A stretch of DNA of 64,000 nucleotides from assembly GCA_050575255.1 (NCBI GenBank), contig JBNZDD010013732.1:21629279-21693278 (forward strand), given 5' to 3'. Below the pieces are notes generated by a model. The model did no database searches and was not told the origin of the DNA. It was given only the letters and a program-made list of their open reading frames with translations. Each line of letters begins with the position of its first letter. The first letter of the stretch is position 1. This DNA comes from Harriotta raleighana (lineage: Eukaryota). The translations under genes were made by a program, and so were the position numbers. This document shows positions 1-13,057 of this stretch, in pieces.

Positions 1-1831
1 TTCCTGATCTCTGAAAGAAAGGCAGGAAAATTGGATCATTGGTAGGTTATTCAGCCCATGGAGCCTGTGCCATCAATTTATTAGTTCATGGTGGATCATT
101 AAATATCAAATCAACAGTAGGCATGTTTGAATAGAAAATGAAGGCACATCACCCTGTTAGTTTAGTCTTATTCCCCATGAGTTGAATCTCACACCTGGGG
201 AGGGTACAAATTTCTAATGCAAATTAGAATTTGGATGGACTCCAGGATTCCAGAATCATAGTGCAACGCAATGTTGCAGATTTCTGTCTAGTTTTTAAAC
301 CATCATGAGGATAGATGTCTTTCTGACAACTCTTGGAACACCTTTGTTCTATTGTGCTTAAGAAACCAATGGAAGGAACTTTGCTTTGAGAAGGCAATGC
401 AGGTACGCATTGAAAAGTCACCTTTTGTTCAAGAGGCTTGCCAACATGCAAACAAAAGGCAGAAAGCAGTGCTGTTTGCCTTCAAAAAGCTGTCCTTTCT
501 CTGGCTTGATTACACTTCACTTATTTATTCAGCGCTCAGTGTTGAGTGATATTCATACACCTTAAAGCACATTTTTTTTGTCTCCTCCTGATGAGAGGCC
601 ATCCTTCAGCATTTGCACACATGCACAATATCTGCTGACAGAGCTGCGGTTTCAAGAATAAGCTTGCTCAGTATTATACAGGTCTCTATGAAGTAGCAGA
701 ATGCCATGAAAATGATGGTGCAAGCATGACACCTGAGAGCACAATCTCTCCTCCATGACTGCAAGATTATTTCAAATTGCATTCCTCAAAGTAAAATAAA
801 ACTCCTCCATCAACACCAATACCACACTGACATTCACTTTGTCTGTTCATATTGTCAGAAGGATAGCCGGCAATGCACCACCAGGTCTAGGGCTGAGCAC
901 ATAATCGTGTTGAGATTTGGACCAAAATAGCAACACAAAGCTATTGATGAGTTCAAACATTAGGAGGTGAATTTGAAACTGCTTGGCAGGAACTCAGGGA
1001 TGCAAAAGAAAATGTGTTGAGTACAACTTAGGCTTGGAAAGATAGCACTATGTCTTCATTTTTTGGAACTCCATTCGTCGAACATTTCACACTTCTCACC
1101 CCTATCTCTATCAGTGTTCAAAGGTCGTCTAAAACCTACCTCTTTGATTGTGCATATTCACCTCCTTCCTCCGTCATACCCCTGCTTAGTGTTCAGTATA
1201 GAGCTCCAAAATGTTACTCTATGTGAAGAGCACTCTTATAATATTCATGTTGTTGCTTGAGGTGTAACACTAACTCACATTAACAAAGCTCTGCCCCTAG
1301 TCTACACATAGGGCAAATTTATCATTTCAAAATAACTGCAGAAAACTGTAAGCGAATGAATTTAAAAATCTTAAAAATATTACATTTTAGAACAATGATC
1401 CTCAAGTTAAGACTATTAGAAATGACAGGACTCACTTCTGACCAAGCAAAATCTTAACATAGTCAATCCAGGTGCACTTATACGGGCAGCGGTACTAACC
1501 TGAAAGTAATTAAGGTGCAAGTCAACCAAATATCAAACCAAAATTACCCATCATGGTTTGTTTCTACAGGATTCAATTGATCAGCAAACAGATTAATGGT
1601 CAACTCTTTGATAAAGCTTCCATTTCCTCTGGCATTTCAGCCATTACAATAACACTGGTAAATGCTTTAAAAATGTATTAAAAAGGCAACAATGAAGGAC
1701 ATTATGGTTACACTGCGCATGCCCATGCCATACAAACACAAACAGAGCAATTGTTGTTCATAACTGTGCTCGTTTTAGAGTGATATCAGCTTACGCTTTT
1801 ATTAAAAATCTTTGTATTTAAAATAAAACAT

Positions 1832-2575
1832 TTCATAAGGATGTCTCAAAGTGCTTCACAGGATTCACTGTAGTATTCACAGGATTCACATGACTGTGTA
1901 TTCTATAGGCAAATGTGACAGTCAATTTGCACACACTAATCACCCACAAATAGGCTGGAAATAACCATTTTTTTCTTGGGGGGAGGTTGTTGAAAATTAA
2001 TATAGGAAAACTCACATAATTCTTATCTTTATCAATTGTATAATCGTTTAAACTGGCTGCCACGTTTCACCCACAAATATGCAGTCAATTCACTTTACAA
2101 TATATTCTGTGAAGCGCTTTGAGTCATCTAGAAGATGTGAAAAGCGCAATATCAAATGCAAAGATTACTATTATTATTCACCTGAGTGCCATTCAGATCC
2201 CTATCAAAACCAATCACACAACTCGCATTAATCACCTCCCAACTCGTAACGCCAATCCCCTATCTACCGTTACTCCCATACATATCTGCTGCATCGAATC
2301 ATGGGAAATGATGTCCTGATCTGTCAGCATATGCACACTTACCGGCTGGCTGCATTGAATTGATCTGTGCAGAAGAACTTCATTTCCTGCTATTCAATGC
2401 GATTCCAGTGCTGGCTGATAATTTCACAATCAATGACGGGTCAAGACATCACCTCCAACAATGCATGACACTGCATTAGAGTGTCAGCCTAGACAACGTG
2501 AGTTCAAACTGCCAACGTAGGCCTTGAACTCACAATCTCCTGACTCAGAGGCAGGTGCTACCAACTGAGTCAGGC
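1832..2575 (-). mobile_element. Fragmented DeuSINE-type copy (tail about 1832-2030, head about 2440-2575) with a + SINE 3' fragment at about 2050-2177
   Basis: Tail GATGTCTCAAAGTGCTTCACAG and head-like GCCTTGAACTCACAATCTCCTGACTCAGAGGC..ACCAACTGAG. The intervening copy ends ATCAAATGCAAAGATTACTATTATT. Confidence 0.55.
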
Positions 2576-3570
2576 TTTTCACCCATAACTAAAAGAGTTC
2601 AAACAACATAGACATGATTCCATTCTCAATGATATCTTGTTTTCAGTGAACCAAATTCTATTTTGTTTTGCTCATTAGGATGAGAAGATACAGTCCTGAG
2701 AAATTCTGTTGTGCATCCTATAATCGAGAGTTTTACAGGAGTAAAATAAAAGCTATTATTGGCAACTGAGAATGTTTGCATTTGGGAAGAGACTCAATTG
2801 CAGGCAAATTTTTTGGCAGCTGTGAAGCACTTTGCACCCATTGGGAGAAACTGAATGCAATTTCATGACTAGAATCATAGAACCTCCAGCTCTATTATAC
2901 AGCTACAGTTTTAATTCAACACACCACTGCTCCATATGGAGTCCCAAGCAAAATAAACTTGAATTTGCCTCATTCAAAAATATCCCCCCAAAATGTTACA
3001 TGTGGGACAAGTAGGGTTTTGGGTGTAAATTCAATGCCTCGCTCCCTCTCGCACAATAACCATTCTGAATATGGTTCTATAGCAGGCATTACCAATACTA
3101 CCAATGTAGTATTAAAATGAATTACAAAAGAATAAGCAACTACAATGTGTTAGGTCCCAATAGTAATAAAGCCAGAACAGCTTCTTACTGCCTCCCTCTC
3201 ATGGTTCATTGAGTTCATCAAGGAACCATTTTAGTTACATGGACCCACCTTTAATCCCCAATGCGTTGAATTAGCTAATCTCATCTGCAGTGGTGGAAAA
3301 GTGCCACAGTGTATAATATCTTCTCCACTTAGATACCTTGGCAATGTCAGACTAAAAGTTTTCAATGTTCCTTTTTATTTATCTTAAACTTTCCTTCAAA
3401 CCAAAGGGTTTTAACTAGAAAATGCACACTTAAAATTAAATGAGGAGGTCAGAACACAGGTTTCTCAGTTTAAATTGTGCAAAGATTATTTTGTGAGATT
3501 CACCAGAAATCTGAATTATTGTACACCTACCCATTCAATTCTTGTCATGTAGGACATCGGTATTTACACA

Positions 3571-3989
3571 TAATAATAATAATAATACTCCTTGTATTTG
3601 ATATAGAGCCTTATCACATCTTCTAGATGTCTCAAAGCACTTCACAGAATATTCTGTTAAAAATATTATGGGCGAAATGTGGCAGCCAATTGCACACAGT
3701 AATGTCCCACAAACAGTTGTGGATTGAATTAACAAATTTTTGTTATTTTTTGGGAGAAGGATTATTGTGCTTATACGTGGGGTAAGGAAACTTGCCTGGA
3801 ATCGAACCCGGGTCTCTCGCTTGTCTTGGCTACTGTGTTTCATCCATAAATGTACAGTCAATTCACTTCATATTCTGTGAAGCGCTTTGTGATAGCTAGA
3901 AGATGTGAAAGCGCTCTATCAAATGCAAGGATTATTACTATCATTATTGTTGTAAGGTAAGTAATCTAACCATCGAGCTACAGGACTCC
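3571..3989 (-). mobile_element. tRNA-derived SINE, split by a second + strand SINE fragment (3825-3949)
   Basis: The - copy runs from tail to GGTCTCTCGCTTGT. A + strand 3' fragment ending ATCAAATGCAAGGATTATT intervenes. The head resumes at TTGTAAGG...GAGCTACAGGACTCC. Confidence 0.85.
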
Positions 3990-6900
3990 ACATCAACAAA
4001 TTTACACCACAATCATTACTGCAGACTGAATTCCTACAAATTATGTAATACAGTATTGTCAAGATATGTCTCAAAACCTCCCTCTTTGACGGCGCTTTGA
4101 GTCACCTTTACCTACCCCTATCCCGAGCTAGCTCAAATACCCAACCAGTACTGTTAAGTGCTTTGGGATGTCCTCCCTACTTGAAAGTCGCTACATAAAT
4201 ATTAATTTGTATTGCATTGCATTAAGCAACAAGAGTTAACAGAGATTAGCTGTAAAATGCAAGTCCTAACCATGCCTCAAATTTGTTGTACTTCAGCTAT
4301 TTTAAATGACTATAATGTTGCACCACTTAAAATGCTAAGTGTTGCACGAGTAGATGGGTCATGAAAACTGCTAAACCAAGATAATTTTTAAAAACTTTTA
4401 ATTGCAGAATAAAAAAGTTCAATAAATTCTAACCCACAGTCCTTAGACTTTGCAAACTGGCAAAGTGCCACAGTTGCTGCTAATTTCAAATGTACTTGTT
4501 TGGACCAAGTTAAGTCAAATGGCCAAATTCACTGAAAGGCAGGATATTTGGGGAATTTAGGACATTTTTGTTGGATGAGGGAAACCCTTCACAATAAAAG
4601 TAAATCTGATGTCAAACTTCTCATTTTTTGGCCTTGCAGGTAGTTTACATTTGCACATTATAATAATAATCCTTCCATTTGATGTAGCTACAGTATTTTC
4701 ATGTATTCTAGACATCTCAAAGCGCTTGATAGAATATACTGAAAAGTGAATTGACTGTATATTTGTGGCCAACATAACACAATTTAAAGAAAACAAACTG
4801 TAAATGCTGCCAACACAAATAGTTTGAGTTAATGTTTCACAATGTCCAGATAACTTCCACCCAAAAAATAGCACATACAGTATGGATAATCTTAACTTGG
4901 TTTCTTCAGGTTAAAATGATAAAAATAGGCACCTAGCTAAAGGCAATCAGGCGCCAACAAGATGTTATCTTCACCCTGTGGTAAAACATTAGGGTGGCAC
5001 TGGCCTGCTAGCCGCCAGACAAGGTGAGCATCAAGTTAAGAACAAAACAATAATTGTTTCAGAAATGTAAAACATGGTTTCTTAACTTCAGAGGAGAGCC
5101 TCACATTAAAGCTACTTTAGATGTGTTTAAAGCTTTCCTTAAAATAGAAAAGTGTTGCTCAGAGCTGCATTATCTCCTCTAAACTATAAGCTCAGGGATG
5201 GGTTTTAAACATTAAAAATCGATAAGGTTTTCACCTCAGGTCATACTTCAGCACTACCGCTGTGCTGGTCACAGAGTGACAGTGACACTGGCTGGGGAGA
5301 CATTTGCTTTTGTCGGCCTTCGTCATCTGTCAAAGAGCATAGAATGCAATGACAGAACCTAAAGGAAAGTATAATGATAATAGATAAACAAGAAGAACTA
5401 AAAACATTTTTTTTAAAGTTGCCATGAAAGCGATTGTTTCAGTGTCACTCAGAAAGAAAGCATTTCGCATACAAAATATACAGTCAATTAACTTTATAGT
5501 ATAGTCACTTTATAGTATATTCTGTGAAGCTCATTAAGATGCCTCAAAGACATGATAAGGCGCTGTACCAAATGCAACGATTATTATTATGAGACCATTG
5601 CAGACCCTCTGGTTGTACCCCAAAACATCATAAAATACTATACACATGCTTTTATATCTTTCACATTGGTTCTCTTGATGTTTATCTAACTTTCTCTTGA
5701 CACCACTGTTAAGGGGGATTCTGTTCGTACTAGATGTGAAGCAGCTAAATCCAAATCATTGGTTCAAATTGACCACAGGACTGATGGATGGTACTTTGCT
5801 CTGCTTCAGCATATCTGGGTGTGATTCTCCCTACTCACGGTGACAAATATGTCCTAATTACAATTCCCAACTGCTTGTTGATCGAATTTCATGCATATTT
5901 ATATACAAAATACTTTCTGAATGAAATGTCAATCATTCATTCTGACTGTCTGATGGCACAATGCTCTCTTTTCATCAGCAGCCAAGCAAAATGCATACAG
6001 GTGAAAATATGGAAATGGCTAATTCATAGAACTTGATGTAAAATGTCTCAAAACATGGGTGCTGTCCATACATTGGTGTCAATGAACCGTGATTATTATC
6101 ACTGCTGTCACATTGATGTCAATCCATCATGCTCTCATGTTGATGCAATGCATCACACTCACATTACTATCAATGTGTCAAGACTCTCACATTGCTCCAG
6201 TGCATCATGCCCTCATTTTGCCATCAATGCATTGCCCTCTTGACTGTTTGCTTCACATTGCTTCAATTCACAAGCCAATGACAGACCAATACAATGGAAC
6301 AAAAGAAAGTCCGCAAGATTGTGCCATCCCTCACCTCAAAAACAAGCCATCTCGCACACACCCACAAAAGACCTCCCACAATAAAAAGTGTTACGTTATG
6401 CCCATCAATTGCTCCACCACCAACCTTATTGAAAGAGCACCCGATGCTTGTATTGCTTTATACTATATTGCCAGTTCTTGTAGCCAATCCAATAGAATGT
6501 TTGTTATGTCACAATTACAGCTTATCTTGTGTGCTACTTTTCTTCACAAAATTAAGTGTTAACAGACTGGAAGAAAGGAGTTGGATGAGCACCAGACCGC
6601 ACTGATGCCCGAGGCTCAATACTGCAGCCTCACATGCTGTGGGTATAGCTTAGGCACAATGCTTTCAATCAGGCTCTCGATTATGATCTATACCATGTTA
6701 AGAGGTTATCTTGGTAGTATATTTGCCACTCCTTTGCATAAAGCTCCCCCTGAACTGCAGATTCAGTTCCCCAGCCATCAGTAAATTGATCTGGAATCAT
6801 TTAAACACAGAGTGTTGCTAATATTAAATAGGTAATGGGTCCTGCAAACCATCAGAATATCAGATTTACTGCCAGGTTAACCTGTTACAGGAATTGCATT

Positions 6901-9264
6901 CCATCGCTCATTTGTATACATCTTGGAAGGCACTCAGAACTGGAGAGAGAGTCTGGACTAATAGATAATGGCAGTATGGTTACCTTACTGACAGAGATTA
7001 TTTTGCTATATAAAAATAAACTAAGACATGCAGGGGCTCAATTCCACTAAGAGTGTTTTTTTGCCAAGCATTTGTCAGACTTCATTATGAACTCCAAAAT
7101 AAGCAATACCTGCTGTACTTTTATACCTCTCTCCTGTTACTTTAGTGAGTCACATTGGTGTTATTGCCTGAAAACAGCTTGTTGGAAGGTAAACTGGTCA
7201 CCTTTTGATCAAAGCTTCTTGAAGAGGAGAAAAAAAAGGTTTGACTGATTCACAGATAGTTTTGAGAAAATGCTAGCTTTTCAACACATTCTGCTATGAT
7301 CTACGAATGTAAAATAAATTCAAAAATCCCGAACCAAGAAAAAGGACACTGAAGCTCAAGAGAATAAATGTTGTGACCACTCAGGAACTCGATTCCCAAG
7401 TATCTGATATGTGTGAACAAACTTAAAAATACAAATGCTTCATGAATCATGGAATACACATTTAAAACAAACTAGGAAAATAACTTAATTGGCAATTATT
7501 AATTCTACAGATGAGACCTTGTTATATTGATAGAGAAAAACAATCAGTCGTTCATTGTTAAATCAAAAGCTAATCAAATAAGGAACTAAGAACTTTGAGA
7601 AAATCTATTGGTCACAAGGTTCAGGAAGAGGGTTGTACCATCTTGGAATTTGACCTGCATTTCAAAGAGAACAGAAATATATAATTTTCTAGCTCATTTA
7701 AGTCAAGTAATAGAATGAAAAGAGGCTTTTATGACTAAGGGCAAATGAGATCAAAGTTTGGGTTGTGTTACTCTATTGGAGTGAGTAAAGACCTAGAATT
7801 GTGGAATATGATTTGGAATTGCATCGAGACCACGCAAAGCTTTAAAGAAATTTACATCCTGAATATGGCAAACATGGCTTGCAAATGGCTTTCCATGATG
7901 ATCGGATTGTACTCCTCCCACCACCTCTTTAACTTGAAAGGGAAAATGAGGGATGCATCATTTCAACTGGTTCATAAAAACTTCCTTAAAATCCCTACAA
8001 TTAAGATACACAGCATAGTCATTCTGATGAGTACAAATTTTACAGAGTTGTACGAGGCAAAAATAATGTTTTTTGCAAAGCTCAAAATATAGGAAAGCAT
8101 CAGGACCATCCCACACCATGCTGATAAATCTAATATATTAAACAAAAGCCTATTCTTTGACTCTTAATCTTTATCTGCTTCACTGGCCTTAGTTGAAATA
8201 GGCTCAGTTACATTTCCTTGTAGATCTTTGCCTAATAAATTATCCTGGGCGTGGGCTGAAGAAATTGCAGGAGAACAACCAGTTATCAAATGCACTGACT
8301 TAACAAAAAACAGTCATTGAAATTGACAAATCAGTGAACTTTAAAGTTTGGGGGAAAAGGTATTTATTGGTGTCAACACTGCAAATGACTTTCCACCGTG
8401 ATCGTATTGCCCCTCCCACTTAACTTGAAAGGGAAGATGAGGGATAGATTGTTTCAACTGGATCCAAAAACATTCTTAAACAATCTTAATCCTCCCTACA
8501 AATGAGGAACATAGCATGGTAGATCTGATGAGTGCAAATTTTACAGAGTTGTTCTGGGCTAAAAGCATGGGTAAAATACACATCTTAAAAGTCGCTCGTT
8601 TTATTTAACATATTGTATCCTAGGGGAAATTACCTGGGCTTTGGAGCAATACAGTATCTAAATAGGAGCAGACAAAGATGATGGGCAAATGTTTAAAATG
8701 GCCCCTTCAGCCAGGTAAATCTGAAGAAGGTGGAAGTTACTCCAGTTCAGATCAGTGTACAGAGCCTGGTGAATACCAGTATGACTAAAAATGGCTAGAT
8801 TCATACTCAATAAATTTACATTGAGAGATGCCAGACAGAAATAGACAAATTCAATCACGTGCCATGGCCCTTTCCAAGTATTCAAAATTATTGGCAGTGC
8901 ATCTGCAGCACATGTCCAATGTTGAGGATTGTTCTATTTCAGAGAATCAACAGTGATTTTTATTGGAAGATTTTTATAACTTTCATTTCCCTGCTGAAAA
9001 ACACTGGGTTGACACTTGTCAAAGCAGTTTTTCTTGTATGATGGAAAGGACCTCCTCTGCCTTTGGAGGAATAAATCACTTTTCTGAAATAATCTTTTGC
9101 AAATAGATATTATTAAAGACCTATGTGGGTTATTGACCTTCCTTGAGAAATAGTACACTGTCATAGCTTTTTAAAAAAAAAATCACAGTTCTTATGTTGT
9201 GTTCTCTGTTCTTCATACTGTGAATGAGCACTGTCTGCAATTAGAAAGGATGGACACGCCAAAT

Positions 9265-9441
9265 AATAAAATTGGTAATTTTTCAATCCACAACTGTTTG
9301 TGGGACACTGTTGTGCGCAATTGGCTGCCACATTTTGCCCACAAACATACAGTTAATTCACTGTACAGCATATTCTGTGAAGCACTTTGAAATACCTAGA
9401 AGACATGAAAAGCGATATATCAAATGCATGTATTATTATTA
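9265..9441 (+). mobile_element. 5'-truncated SINE copy
   Basis: TGTGGGACACTGTTGTGCGCAATTGGCTGCC body and ATCAAATGCATGTATTATTATT tail. Confidence 0.85.
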
Positions 9442-11889
9442 CCAAGCACATACACATACACCACTCCCACACATACATGTACACATATACATTCAGTCAA
9501 ATCTCATTGCATTCTGCACAGCAGAAATAATCATCGATGATTATCTTTTTCCTAGCCTGGAAGCATCGATTGCAATTGTTACAATCTTGCAGCTCCCATC
9601 ATAGAATTTAGTCAATTCAGCACAGATCAGGAGTCAAATTGGAAATCTTCTGGGCTGAAAGGTTCAGATCGGCAAAAGGTTATTCATTACATCCATCAGT
9701 GGAGCCTCAGCATAGCTAATCATATCAATAATAGACAAACAAGATGCAGGACCCATTGCAACAATACAAATTGACATTAGTACATCATCTTTCACATTGA
9801 GAGGACATCCCAAGGCGCTTAAAGGTATTATTATTTTCTGATAATGAAAGAATGGTTCTTAATTATTCCATTACTTCAATATAAAGTTTGTGGACAATGC
9901 AGTGACAATTCCAAAGGTTACATTTTAAATTGTAAAATGTTTATCTATGTTCATGTAAAGGACTGAAACTGTAAATATTTCCTTCATCTTGCGATATCAA
10001 AATACTGCCGTTAAATAACAAATTGAGGAGACGTGCGCAGTGCACCCATCTTTGCCAACCCAATCTGCAATCTTGAAGGCTACAATTGTGACTTTTTGTA
10101 TTTCGGAGAAACTAAGATCTCAAAACTCTTCATAACACTTGTATGACTACTCACAGTGTGGGATAAATTTAGGTTATTTACTTTAGTGTGCAGTAGACAT
10201 CAATCTTGAAATGAAGATATATTCCACATGAGAGCTAGCAGTGGCATTATTCAAAAAAATTCACAAATGCCTCTCCATTTAAGGTCCCCTTTCAGGCAGT
10301 TCAATATGAGCATCTTTGTGTTATTTCTTCACTGCATGAACAGATCTCTGAATCTTCAGAACTTTTCAAGACCACCAGAGGCATTATTGGGTTGTCAACA
10401 ATTCGATAAATTTATATTTTCCCTTTCAAAGGTAAAGGCAGCAGTAAAACTGGTCACAAAACTCTGCATTCAAGTTAATCAAACCAGTATGATAGTCAAA
10501 TTTACTGAGCAAACCAGTTTTCATTTATTGGCTCCCTCTACTCCCCACGATGGCACTCAAATTGTTTGGTAACACTATGGTTTCTGTCTGATCTGTAAGG
10601 AACAACTGCAGCCAAATGTATGAGAAGGTCTCAAAGCATCTTTTTTGTGTGAGTATAAATTTCTCTTATTTTCCATTCCCCTAAATTTACACTAGGCCAA
10701 GCACCTCCTATGCCCAAGGGATTGGAAAAGGGATCAAGTGCTCCATCATACACAAATCAGCAACCCATACATGTCTCTCCCTCCAGGTTGTGGGGAATAA
10801 CTTGGCCTCTGCATAACTCAGTACTGTTGAGATCCAGAATGAATCTGAAGGAGATTTCAAATACTGTGTCTGTCTGTCATTCGCACAAGATTATTTTTTC
10901 CCTTCCCACACTACATATGTCAACGGTTGATTAAATGACTATAAGGCAGGCTTTGTACTCATACAAACGACATTTAAAAAGAAAAATTGTTCCAAACGTC
11001 CAAAATAGACTAAATTTTAACACGTGGAAACAATCAAGAAAAAAACTGTGTGCAGATTAAAAAAGAGACAGAAAATATTAAATGAAAAAGAACAACTCAT
11101 GCACAGGAAGCTTTTTTTCCCATTGACTTCAAATTATACCTTTGCATTTATTTTAGTGGATTAGGAATTTGACAGTAATAAAACAATTCTGGATTTGTTT
11201 GTTAATTTAATATTTCTGATCAGTGTCACAATGCGCGAGCTGAAAATGCATGTACTCTATATAGTCAACTCCCAGAGACAAGCACCACCCATAGGAATTG
11301 ATCTTGAACCAAACAAAAAGTTATTATTTAGCCATCCGATATGTTAGACAAATATTGCAGGGCCTTGATTACTGTGAGAAGGTGTGGGAATAAACTGTCT
11401 TGATTTTGCTTAGCTCATTGAATAGTATCTCCTCCTGTCTAACTAGAAAATGCCACTGACTGCTGCTGTGGAGAACTCCGCAATCACTTGCTCTTGGGTA
11501 GAGCCTGTTGTGGCAAACAGCTCAGAAGTGGGAGAAGGAGAGGTAGAGAAATAAAACAATGTACATTAAGAACTGTAATACTGTATCAACATTTTAGAAT
11601 CTCACTTTGATATTTGAACTTGTACAGTCTAGAATTCTAACATCCATACCTCCTCGGTTACTCTCTTCCACAATTCCCTCTCCGTCATCCTTGATGCCCT
11701 TGCCCCCTTAACTCCCTAACTGCCTCCTATTCAATGGCTTGGGATGTCCTCCCAGTGCTATAGAAATTTAATTTGTTGTGGTTGTTGATGATGATAGATT
11801 TGAAGTTTTAATAACAATGATGTGCATAGAACTATATAAAGGTAAAAAAAAATTGAAGTCAGTATTTTTAGCAGAAATGGTCTGAAGAT

Positions 11890-12225
11890 ATTTACTGGGT
11901 CTTTGAACTCAGAATCTAGAAATGAAACTTCAATGCAGTTTTGGGGAACATTACATTCTCGGAGGTGTCAAACTGTGGATGATATGTTAAACCAAGTTCT
12001 TGTCTGCCTGCTCAGGTGGACATCAAAAACCCTATAGTACTATAAAAAAAAAGAGAATTTCTCAAGTGTCATTGGCAATCCACCTGATATAGTTCTTTTT
12101 TCACTTCTTGGCTGTTTGTCAGATATTGCCAAAAACTGGTTGCCATGTTTGCCTGCAAATACACAGTCACCACATTCTGTGAAGCACTGTCAGACGTCAC
12201 ATTGATAAGGTGCTTTGTCAAAATA
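11890..12225 (+). mobile_element. Older DeuSINE-type element whose tail is interrupted by the DNA transposon
   Basis: Core GGATGATATGTTAAACCAAGTTCTTGTCTGCCTGCTCAGGTGGAC. The tail ...GTCAAAATA|transposon|CAAGGATTATC resumes at 13060. Confidence 0.7.
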
Positions 12226-13057
12226 CAGTAAAACCTTGTTTATCCGTGACTCGAATAATCGGAAAACCCGTTCAACCGCCATCTCAAAAAAAATCCCGAT
12301 CTGACTAACCAGATGTTATCCGGCAACACGTTGAATGTCGGGTTTAAACTCGTTCCGAGTCCTTTTAAAAGTCGCGGTTTTTATTTTATCTCATTCAGAT
12401 GGATGAGTGCCTGTCATTGGGAAGTTAAGTACTGTACATAATAAATATTACTGCAGGTAGCGACCAGAGAGAGAGGGAGGAGGGGGGGAAGGGAGGGGAG
12501 GAAATGGAGAGAGAGGGGGGGTGGGAATGGAGAGAAAGAGAGAGGGGTGGGGAATGAGATATGGGGAAAGGGAGAGAGAGAGATAGGGAAAAGCATAATG
12601 GAGTGAGAGAGAGAGAAAAATGGCAGCAGGTTGCTGCAGAGAGAGAAAGGGGGAGGGAGAGAGAGGCAAGGGAGAGCGGCAGGATGAGATTTGTGGTCAA
12701 AATTATATGATGGATTCAGATTGAATATCTTTGAGGGTCTGTGTCTGTCTGTGTGTGTGTGTGTCTGTCTGTGTGCGTGTGTGCTGGCCGTTAGGTCTAA
12801 ACTTGTTGTTTTTTAAAATCACGTTTTTTTACCTCCCGTTGAATCCAGTGCTGCAATTGCAAAGTTAAGTAGAAATAATAATGTACTAATAGAATATTCT
12901 GTTATTATTTAGTCCATTATTAATATGGTATGTGTTAAAATAATTTTTAATTTTTCTGAAAAATTATATTTAGTAAAAAAAAATCCTTTCAACCTGAAAT
13001 ACCGTTTAACCGCCACTGGCCAGGTCCCATAGGTGTCGGATAAATAAGGTTTTACTA
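12226..13057. mobile_element. Non-autonomous Tc1/mariner-superfamily (pogo/Tigger-like) DNA transposon
   Basis: Terminal inverted repeats CAGTAAAACCTTGTTTATCCG ... CGGATAAATAAGGTTTTACTA, flanked by TA at 12224-12225 and 13058-13059. No transposase ORF. Internal GA-rich tract and GT microsatellite. Confidence 0.85.
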
